From positions 5,892,001 through 5,952,000 of the forward strand of contig CM075992.1 of assembly GCA_038087875.1 (NCBI GenBank): 60,000 bases of DNA. The letters run 5' to 3'. Position 1 is the first letter of the stretch; every line of letters starts with the position of its first letter. Under the pieces are notes generated by a model. It was given only the letters and a program-made list of their open reading frames with translations. It did no database searches and was not told the origin of the DNA. Shown here one piece after another: positions 28,301-39,900 of the stretch. Position numbers and translations under genes: made by a program. This DNA comes from Malacoraja senta (lineage: Eukaryota).

Positions 28301-30928
28301 CTCTTGAAAGTATCCAGAGAACTCCATAGACTCACAACTCTCTGTGAGAAAAAGTGTTTCCTCGTCTCCGTTCTAAATGGCTTACCCCTTATTCTTAAAC
28401 TGTGGCCCCTGGTTCTGGACTCCCCCAACATCGGGAACATGTTTCCTGCCTCTAGCGTGTCCAAACCCTTAACAATCTTATATGTTTCAATAAGATCCCC
28501 CTCTCATCCTTCTAAACTCCAGAGTGTACAAGCCCAGCCGCTCCATTCTCTCAGCATATGACAGACCCGCCATCCCGGAAATTAACCTTGTAAACCTACA
28601 CTGCACTCCCTCAATAGCAAGAATGTCCTTCCTCAAATTTGGGGGACCAAAACTGCACACAATACTCCAGATGTGGTCTCACTAGGGCTCTGTACAATTG
28701 CAGAAGGACCTCTTTGCTCCTATATTCGATTCCTCTTGTTATAAAGGCCAACATGCCATTTGCTTTCTTCACTGCCTGCTGTACCCGCATGCTTACTTTC
28801 ATAGACTGATGTACAAGGACCCCCAGATCCCGTTGTACTTCCCCTTTCCCCAACTTGACGCCATTTAGATAGTAATCTGCCTTCCTGTTTTTGATACCAA
28901 AGTGGATAACCTCACATTTATCCACATTAAACTTCATCTGCCCACTCCCCCAACCTGTCCAAGTCACCCTGCATTCTCATAGAATCCTCCACACAGTTCA
29001 CACTGCCACCCATCTTTGTGTCATCTGCAAATTTGCTAATGTTACTTTGAAGCCCTTCATCCAAATCATTGATGTATTATTATAAATAGCTGCGGTCCCA
29101 GCACCGAGCCTTGCGGTACCCCACTAGTCACCGCCTGCCATTCTGAAAGGGACCCATTAATCCCTACTCTTTGTTTCCTGTCTGCCAACCAATTTTCTAT
29201 CCATGTCAGCACTCTACCCCCAATACCATGTGCCCTAGTTTTTCCCACTAATCTCCTATGTGGGACCTTATCAAATGCTTTCTGAAAGTCCAGGCACACT
29301 ACATCCACTGGATCTCCCATGTCAATTTTCCTGGTTACATCCTCAAAAAATCCCAGAAGATTAGTCAAACATGATTTCTCCTTCGTAACTCCATGCTGAC
29401 TCGGACCGATCCTGTTACTGCTATCCAAATGTGCGGCTCTTTCATCTTTTATAATTGACTCCTGCATCTTCCCCACCACCGATGTCAGGCTAACTGGTCT
29501 ATAATTCCCTGTTTTCTCTCTTCCGCCTTTCTTAAAAAGTGGGATAACATTAGCTACCCTCCAATCCACAGGAACTGATCCTGAGTCTATAGAACATTGG
29601 AAAATTATCACCAATGCATCCACGATTTCTAGAGCCGCTTCCTTAAGTACCCTTAAGTACCCTGGGATGCAGACCATCAGGCCCTGGGGATTTATCAGCC
29701 TTCAGTCCCATCAGTCTACCCAACACCATTTCCTGCCTAATGTGGATTTCCTTCAGTTCCTCCGTCACCCCAGATCCTCTGGCCACTACTATATCAGGAA
29801 GACACACCTTCAGATTCAAGAACAGCTTCTCCCCCGCAGTTATCAGACTTCCAAAAAGACCTTTCATGTGCGGTTGAATTCCTGATCTTCCAATATACCT
29901 CACCTCCAGGAAACCAGATCCAAATCAAGGATGCACGATAAGAACATTGTTGCTCAATGATTATAGCTCAGTGTACAACACTTTTATCTGCCTGTCTGTC
30001 ACAAAAACTCTCATCTTGTTTGTATCTATCTATCTATCTTCTATCACTAAAACTCTTGTTTGTATATATCCTTCTATTACTAAAACTCACATCTTGTTTG
30101 TTTCTATCTATCTATTACTAAAACCCACATCTTGTTTGTTTCTATCTATTTATTACTAAAACTCACATCTTGTTTGTTTCTATCTATCTATTACTAAAAC
30201 TCTCATCTTGTTTCTATCTATCTATCTATCTATCTGTCTGTCTATCTGTCTGTCTATCTGTCTGTCTATCTGTCTGTCTATCTGTCTGTCTATCTGTCTA
30301 TCTATCTGTCTATCTATCTATCTATCTATGCATGTTTGCCCATGTGATCCTGGACCTATGCCAAAACGATACACGATAGCATTAAAATTTTGCACCACCT
30401 TAATCACAATTGTTTAGTGTCAAGTTTTTTTTCAGGTTTATGTTATATTTCACAAGTTATTGACTTACTTTTTTTAGATTTACAAAACCCCAATTTGAGA
30501 AAAAATTATTTCATGTGCTTACTACTATGATGTCACAATGGGATTGTAGCCCTGCTCGCTACATTGTCGTTATCCAAGTACACAGAGTCCTGCTAGCTCT
30601 AACAGGTGCAAATGCATTTTTCTTAAAGTCATAGTACAGATTTTTTTTAAAGTTTAAAATGAGGGAGGGTGAATAAGGCAAAATAAGCAGCCCCTGCGCA
30701 ATGGGGGGCTATGGGTGAGTGATGGAATATTGTGTTTGGGAACGGGTTGCGTTGGGGGACCAGGCCACCCGTGGGGGCTATGGGTGAGTGGTGGAATATT
30801 GCGTTGAATGGGTTGAGTTGTAGGACTAGACCTCCCGTGTGGTGGTCTAGTGTGTGTGTGTGTGTGTGTGTGTAATATTCACACACACACACACATAATT
30901 TTATATATATACATATATATATATATAT

Positions 30929-30989
<61 letters not shown>

Positions 30990-33900
30990 ATATATAACTA
31001 ACTGAAACTCTCATCTTGCTTGGATGTCTGTTTGTCTGCGTGCGTGATCCTGAAATTACGCCAAAACGGTACACACTAGCACTAAAATCAAGTTTAGTTC
31101 AGATTTATGTTATATTTTACAAGTTATTAACATTTTTAGCTTTACAAATTCCCACTTCGAGACCAATAAACGTGCTGTGCCAGTTGCTGGCAGTTACAGC
31201 TATGACATCACAATGGGATCTCATTTGCAACAATGTTGCAATCATAGAACACTTAGTCCTGGCAGAGTGAAGCTGAACAGGACAGGCATGACAGGGAAAA
31301 AATGAAAAAAGAGATGGGGATTCCAAGGAAGGGGCAATGCCCCAGCGGGGGTAAAAGGGGGGCAGTGCCCCCTTTGCGGTTTGTTTTTGATAATTGTATC
31401 TTGCAATGACACCATTCGCTCCACCAGGCCTCGCCTTGTCCCGCCCCCAGTCACCTCCCTCCGCCAATCACCTCTCGCTATTCTCAATCCCGCACCCCCA
31501 CTTCCACCTGACCGACGCCTCCCTCCTCCAATCATCGCGCTGAATCATCATGCCCCGCCCCCCCCCCACTGCCTGCTGACCGACGTCCCTCTCGCCCTCG
31601 ATCAGCAAGTCATTTATAGATTTATCGTGATTTAGATTTTTAACGAATTTCAAAATCCGCGGGGAAATCTCATGCCTGACAGAAAGGGGAGGGGCACAGT
31701 GAGGCTGAACAGAAGGGGGAGGGAGTGCTGGGGGGGGGGGGGGCACACACACATACATACATACTAGACCAAGTGGGACCCGTTCCCCAATGCGGTGGCG
31801 CACAGCGTCACAGGGGAGGGCTGGTCCCCGAACGCAATACTCCACCACTCACCCATAGGTCCCAATACTCATCACTCCCTAGAGAGTTTGAGAATCATAA
31901 CCTCCTGCTTCTTGCCATCAACCATCTTAGTATGCTGTGTTGATGTGCCTGTAAAGTTGCAGCAAGTAAGAATACAACTCTTATGAATTTCAAGACACAG
32001 CAGACAACAGACTTCAAGACAGCCTTAAATTGGGAGATAGCTGGAGGCTGGATTTCACGCAAAAAAGGACAAAATTACAATGGCAAGGACTATAAATTAA
32101 GAAAATTTAGTTTATGGACAGTAAACAAGCCTGGGAATTCTACCATGGAAAGGAACTTAGAAGTGGCAGTACTACAGTTACATAAAGTTGGAGACATCTC
32201 AGGAGCTCTATAAATTAATGAGGAAAGCTGTTTATATGGAAAATGTAAATGTTACACAAATCATATCTAATATTCAGATATGACATAGGCCTGATGAAGG
32301 CTTTTTAACCCAACGCTTGTTCAAAAATGTGTGTTTGAGACTTAAAATGATTATTTGCTGAATTTGTCGGCTCTCCAACCCGCCCCTCCACAGAAGTCCC
32401 TCTGAAAAGCGCAACTGGAGTGTTGCACTTTCTTTCCTTTATGATTAAAACAGAAAGGTTGGAAACATACAGGATAAGGCATTCGCTGTATTAGGTGGCT
32501 ATAGGAATAAATATACTGTATCCACATTGCACCAACCAATACTGACAGGCCTCAAATGTCATCTTGGCTGGGCCACTTTTGCATATGCAATACCTATGTT
32601 TTTTTCCCAACTGTGAATACAGAAGACAAGCTAAAAACCCTCCCCCGGCCCAAGACGCTCCCCCCCCCCCAACAGCCCCCACCTCAAGCACTCCCCCAGG
32701 GCAGTTGAGGGAGGGTTGCCACGACTCGCGTCACAACGGGGATCTCTGGCATCACAACGGGAACCCCTCAGCCGCCCCTTCGCAGTTGGGGACTATGGGT
32801 GCGTGGTGGAATATTGCATTGTGGGAACGGGACCCAACGGGTGCCACTTGGTCATAGTTCACACCAGCTACACAAGTACAACCTTTATTAAACTGGATCA
32901 ATTTCAAATCAACAAAACTGCAAAAGCAGTCTAGCGCACATGTTTATCACCAAAATCAACCACGTTTTTTCATTGCATAGAATTAAGAACAATTTTCCTC
33001 ATCTATGTCATAATTCAAAACATCCAAATCACAGAACAGGGATAGATTCATTTTGCATTATTCCATGTGGTTTCCTTTTTTTTAATGTTGAAGGACATAT
33101 GCAATGGAGACGGTATAGTATTTACCTGTACATTTGTTTCAACAGGTGATACTAGATGAATTTCAGCCCAGAAATCAATCAGATAAATTTAGATGACAAT
33201 GAACTTCCAAAAAGCATATTAAAAAGCCAAGATAGCTAAATTGATGAGACATTTACAAGCACATCTGTTTCTCCTTCTGTCAGTCCTCCTAACCTCACAG
33301 TTTTGATTCATTGATTGAAAGATACAGAATGGAAACAGGCCCTTTGACCGACCACATTCACGCTGGCTATTGATCATCCGTTCTATGTCATCCAGCTTTC
33401 AAGTCCACTCCCTACACACCAGGCAACTTACTAAGGCCAATTAACTTAAAACCCTGCACATCTTTGTGAGAGAAAACCAGAGCACCCGGAGGAAACCCCC
33501 ACGGTCACAGGGAAAACATGCCATCTCCACACAGACAGCTACTGAGGTCAGGATTGAACACAGTCTCTGGCGCGGAGTCTACCAGCCGCGCCATTGTGCA
33601 GCCCTTGCTCCCCTGAGAGTACCTGATCCCACATTACTGAACAAGCATGTTCAGGAGCAGGTGCAGCAATCTAAATTATCAGACAAGAGCAAAATTAAAA
33701 TTACAGATGCAATAAATCTCAAATAATTAAAAAATATATAAAACACTCAACAATTAAGGACATCAGAGTGGCAACACTGCTCCAGAGACCCGGACCTTGG
33801 ATGCTTGCATATTCGCCTGTCACTATACAGATTTATTTCAGGTGCTCAAAATTCCTCCCAGATTCAAAAGATGACTGACTGGTTGCTGCAAATTGACCCT

Positions 33901-36900
33901 TGGTGCAAGTAATTGCCAAAATAATCATAAAAGAAAGTTGGTGGATATCTGTGAATACTTTCCAGCAGTGATGAGACCATTCTGCCGAGAACTGCCTTGG
34001 ACTTCATGACATTGTGTGCTGTGGGTATGTTAGTACGTTCAACACCTTGTTTACTAAACTATAAATGGTGCCCGAGTAGCTGAGCATTAATGTTTGATTG
34101 ATCTTCACATCAGGAACTAATGTTTCAGGAAAGCTTCAAGAGGCTTCAGCAATGCTAAGGGAACGGTCAAAAGCAACAATCTTGTGGGTATGAACTAATA
34201 AACAACAAAACACAAAATGTGAGCAAGTCAGCCAGTCAGACATTTGAGGAGGGAACGGACAAGCAACATCAGGTCCAACTGCAACCGCCTCAAATTTTCC
34301 ACTCCCCTTACCTACTCTAACCTTTCCCCCCTGAACGTACAGCCCTCCGCTCACTCTGCAGCAACCCCGACTTGGGAATCAAACCCGCCGACAGTGGAGG
34401 TGCCGTGGTAGTCTGATGAGCTGAGGCCAGACAACAACTCTCAGACAATGACTATCGACCAGTGGCACTAAAGTCTGTGGTGATGGAAGTGCTTTGAGAG
34501 GTTGATTATGGCGCATATCAACTCCTACCTCGACAAGAACCTCGACCCGCTGCAGTTCGCTTACCGCCATAACAGATCAACAGTGGATGCGATCTCACTG
34601 GCTCTCCACTACGTTCTGGACCACTTGGACAACAAAAACTCATATGTCAGGCTGTTATTCATTGACGGTACACAAAAATGCTGGAGAAACTCAGCGGGTG
34701 CAGCAGCATCTATGGAGCGAAGGATAGGCAACGTTTCGGGCCGAAACCCTTCTTCAGACAATGTTATTCATTGACTACAGCTCGGCATTTAATACAATCA
34801 TCCTCTCCAAGCAGGTTACCAAGCTCTCAGATCTGGGTCTCTGCGCATCCCTCTGCAATTGGATCCTCGACTTCCTCATCCACAGACCACAGTCTGTCCG
34901 TATTGGTGGAAATGTGTAATCCTCGATAACAATCAGCACGGGAGCACCTCAAGGCTGCGTGCTCAGCCCTCTGCTTTACTCACTGTATATTCATGACTGC
35001 ATAGCCAGACATAGTGCGAACTCCATCATCAAGTTCGCCGACGACACCACTGTCGTGGGACGAATCACTGATGGGGACAAGTCAGAGTATAGAAGTGAGA
35101 TTGACCGATTGACCAAATGGTGCCAACACAATAACCTGGCTCCCAACACCAGCAAAACCAAGGAACTGATTGTGGACCTTGGAAGGGGTAGGATAGGAAC
35201 CCACAATCCCGATGGTGGAAAGGGTCAAGAACTTCAAATTCCTGGGCGTGCACATTTCCAAAGATCTTTCCTGGTCCTAGCACACTGATACAATTATAAA
35301 GAAAGCACATCAGCACCTCTACTTCCTGAGAAGACTACGGAGAGTCGGTAAGTCAAAGAGCACTCTCTCAAACTTCTACAGGTGCACAGTAGAGAGCATG
35401 CTGACTGGTTGCATCATGGCTTGGTTCGGCAACTTGAGTGTCCACGAGCGGAAAAGGATGCAGAAAGTTGTAACCACTGCCCAGTCCATCATCGGCTCTG
35501 ACCTCCCCACCATCGAAGGGATCTATCGCAGTCGCTGCCGCAAAAAGGCAGCTAACATCATCAAGGACCCACACCATCCTGGCCATGCACTCATCTCTCC
35601 GCTACCATCGGGCAGAAGGTACAGGAGCTTGAAATCTGTTACATCCAGGTTCAGGAACGGCTACTTCCCCACAGCCATCAGGCTGTTAAACTCACCAACA
35701 AACAGACTCTGAACTGTAACAGCCTATTGCACTTTATCTGCTTATTTATGTGTATATTGAACTGAACTGTTCTGTATTTTTGCTTACAATATTCTGTTGT
35801 GCTGTAACAAGCAAGAATTTCATTGTCCTATCTGGGACACATGACAATAAACTCTCTTGACTTGACCCCCTCCTACTTATCCTTGGACCATGACCCCACA
35901 GATGAGCACCAGGCCTTAATATCACAATATTACTGACTTCATCACTTCCCGTTCTCTGCCCCCTAAAGCCCCCAACCTTATCGTTCCCCAGCCCCGCACG
36001 GCCCGATTTTATCGTCTCCCCAAAATCCACAAGTGGAACTGTCCTCGCAGACCCATTGTTTCTGCTTGTTCATGCCCTACCAAATTAATTTCCACATTCC
36101 TCGACTCCATCCTATCCCCTCCCGGTCCAATCCCTCCCTACGTCCAAGACACATCACACGCTCTTCGTCTCTTCAATGACTTCTGTCTTCAAGGCCCCCA
36201 CTCTCTCATCTTTACTATGGATGTCCAGTCAATCTATACCTCCATCCCCCACCAGGAAGGTCTTAAAGCTCTCCGTTTCTTCCTCGACTGCAGAACAAGC
36301 CAATTTCCGTCCACTAATACTCTCCTCCGCCTAGCAGAGCTTGTCCTTACCCTCAACAACTTTCCCTTCAACTCCTCCCACTTCCTCCAGATCCAAGGCA
36401 TAGCTATGGGCACTCGCATGGGCCCTAGCTATGCCTGCCTCTTTGCAGGGTACGTCGAAAAATCCCTGTTCCAGGCGTACACTGGCCCTATCCCCAAACT
36501 CTACCTCCGCTACATTGACGACTGCATCGGTGCTACCTCCTGGACCCATGCAGAACTCACTAACTTCATCAACTTCACCACTAATTCCCATCCTGCACTC
36601 TTATTCACATGGACCATCTCCAACATCTCCCTACCGTTTCTAGATCTCATCGTCTCCAGCACAAGAAAACAAACTATTCACCGATATCTACTACAAACCT
36701 GACTCCCATAGCTATCTTGACGACACTTCTTCCCACCCTTCTTCTTGTAAAGACTCTATCCCCTCCTCCCAATTCCTCCGTCGACACGACATTTGCGCCC
36801 AGGACAAAGTTTTTCATACCAAGGCATCGGAGGTGTCCTCATTAGACAATAGGTGCAGGAGTAGGCCCTTCGAGCCAGCATTCTTTAGGGAACGGGGGTT

Positions 36901-39900
36901 CCCCTCTTCCATTATAGATGAGGGCTCTCACTAGGGTCTCCTCAAAATCCCGCAGCTCCGCTCTCACTCCCCCCCCCCCTCTCGTAACAAAGAGATAGTC
37001 CCGCCTGTCCTCAACTTCCACCCCATCAGCCGTCGTATACAACATATAATCCTCCAACATTTTCGCCACCTCCAAAGGGATCCCACTACTGGCCATATCT
37101 TCCCATCTCCACCCCTTTCAGCTTTCCACAGAAACCATTCACTCCGTAACTCCCTGGTCAACTCGTCCTTTCCCACCCAAACCAACTCCTCCCCAGGCAC
37201 TTTCCCTTGCAACCACAGGAGATACATACATAGAAAATAGGTGCAGGAGTAGGCCATTCGGCCCTTCGAGCCTGCAGCGCCATTCAATATGATCATGGCT
37301 GATCATCCAACTCAGTATCCCGTACCTGCCTTCTCTCCATACCCCCTGATCCCTTTAGCCACATCTAACTCCCTCTTAAATATAGCCAATGAACTGGCCT
37401 CAACTACCCTCTGTGGCAGAGAGTTCCAGAGATTCACCACTCTCTGCGTGAAAAAGTTTTTTCTCATCTCGGTCTTAAAGGATTTCCCCCTTATCCTTGA
37501 GCTGTGACCCCTTGTCCTGGACTTCCCCAACATCGGGAACAGTCTTCCTGCATCTAGCCTGTCCAACCCCATAAGAATGTTGTACGTTTCTATAAGATCC
37601 CCTCTCAATCTCCTAAATTCTAGCGAGTATAAGCCAAGTCTATCCAGTCTTTCTTCATATGAAAGTCCTGACATCCCAGGAATCAGTCTGGTGAACCTTC
37701 TCTGCACCCCCTCTATGGCTATAATGTCCTTCCTCAGATTTGGAGACCAAAACTGTACGCAATACGCCAGGTGTGGTCTCACCAAGACCCTGTACAACTG
37801 CAGTAGAACCTCCCTGCTCCTATACTCAAATCCTTTCGCTATGAAAGCTAACATACCATTCGCTTTCTTCACTGCCTGCTGCACCTGCATGCCTACTTTC
37901 AATGACTGGTGTACCATGACACCCAGGTCTCGCTGCATCTCCCCTTTTCCTAATCGGCCACCATTTAGATAATAGTCTACTTTCCTGTTTTTGCCACCAA
38001 AGTGGATAACCTCACATTTATCCAAATTATACTGCATCTGCCAAACATTTGCCCACTCACCCAGCCTATCCAAGTCACCTTGCAGTCTCCTAGCATCCTC
38101 CTCACAGCTAACACTGCCCCCCAGCTTAGTGTCATCTGCAAACTTGGAGACGTTGCCTTCAATTCCCTCATCCAGTACCCCACTAATCACTGCCTGCCAT
38201 TGTGAAAAGGACCCGTTTACTCCTACTCTTTGCTTCCTGTTTGTCAGCCAGTTCTCTATCCACATCAATACTGAACCCCCAATACCGTGTGCTTTAAGTT
38301 TGTATACTAATCTCTTATGTGGGACCTTGTCAAAAGCCTTCTGAAAGTCCAGATACAACACATCCACTGGTTCTCCTCTATCCACTCTACTAGTTACATC
38401 CTCGAAAAATTCTATAAGATTCGTCAGACACCACCCCTCCTTTACCCCCCGCCTCGAGTCCATCCAAGGACCCAAACAGTCTTTCCAGGTGAGGTAGAGG
38501 TTCACTTGCACCTCCTCCAACCTCATCTACTGCACCCGCTGTTCCAGGTGTCAACGTCTCTACATCGACGAGACCAAGCGCAGGCTCGGCGATCGTTTCT
38601 CTGAACACCTCTGCTCAGTCCGCGTTAACCAAGCTGATCTCCCAGCACTTCAACTCCCCCTCCCATTCCCAATCTGTCCTGGGCCTCCTTCATTGTCAGA
38701 GTGAGGCTCAGGGCAAATTGTAGGAACAGCATCTCATATTTCGCTTGGGTAGTTTACACCCCAGCGGTATGAATATTGACTTCTCTAACTTCAGGTAGTC
38801 ATTGCTCTCTCTCTTCATTCTCCACCTACATTCTTTCTTTGTCCTACCCCCTCCCCTGACATCAGTCTGAAGAAGGGTCTCGACCCGAAACGTCACCAAT
38901 TCCTTCTCTCCATTGATGCTGCCTCACCTGTTAAGTTTCTCCAGCATTTTGTGTCTACCTTCGATTTTACCAGCATCTGCATTCTTTCTTAAACATTTCA
39001 GGTCAAGGCACTGATTGTAATAGGATGAAAGAATGGTGGAAAATAGAGCTGGGAGGCTGGACAAAAATTGTAAGAGGGGTCCCGATCCAAAACTTCTATT
39101 CCTTCCATAGATGCTGCCTGACCTGTTGTGTTACTACAGCACTAAGTGCTTTACTCAAGATTGTATCCTCAAGTGCAACAGCAAACAGGTAACCACATAT
39201 ATAAAACCAAAATGTAATAAATGAATATCCCCAATGCTAGTGCAAACAAAAACAAAGTATTCAGTGCACCCAAAGACAGTCCACAGTTGAGGTTAGTGTT
39301 GTGTAGCAGTCCAAACCTTGCTGGGTGTTGGGACGAACCTATTATTGCAGAATACACAGTACTGGAGAAACTCGGCAGGTCAGGCAGCATATCTGAGCAT
39401 GAAATGGGTCATGTTTCGGGTCGGGACCCTTCTGGCTTTGTTATCCAGTTATCAATGTTCTTCAAAGCTACCCTACAGCCCAGTTACTGCAGCACCTTGT
39501 CTTTTTTTAAAACCAGCATCTACAGTTCCTCGTGTCTAGATCTGCGGAGGACATGGATAGGCGACGTTTCGGGTACGGAACCCTTCTTTGGAGGTCCCGA
39601 TCCGAAACATCGCCTCGTCATGCCCCCCAGCATCTGCAGTTCCTCGTGTATACTCGTGTCGTTTTCACCTTGCCCTTCCATATCTCTAGTCTCCCTATCT
39701 CCTTACTCTGTTTGAAGAAGAGTGTCGACACGAAATGTTGCCCATTCCGTCTCTCCCGAGTTACCCCAGCACTTTGCTTCTACGAGTTCTGCTTGTACCT
39801 CCATTTATGAGAAGGAAACGGAGACGGAATGAAAGAGACCGCCGAGATTGCCGCAGGGCCGCTTCAAAAAGGCGCGCTACGCGCAACACCGGGACCCCCT

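Larger units (their letters stand above)
29985..32858. mobile_element. Cluster of probable non-autonomous Helitron-like fragments with internal micro/minisatellites
   Basis: Repeated 5' motif tctattactaaaactc(t/a)catcttg; 3' ends ggtCTAG at 30850 (+) and 31764 (-); hairpin gggacccaacgggtgcc before a degenerate end near 32857. No transposase or RT. Confidence 0.5.

Noticed and set aside
30170..30940. ORFs with LSVC, LSIC or THTH repeats
   Set aside because: Translations of microsatellites.
37312..38526. 404-aa ORF as a novel fusion protein
   Set aside because: Chance read-through from antisense Penelope sequence into a truncated CR1 that lacks an RT motif.
39799..39804. ATG GAG|gtacaa as first exon of paralog B
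   Set aside because: Weak donor and phase 0, which does not fit phase-1 exon 2; the exon at 40592-40610 fits and matches the paralogs.
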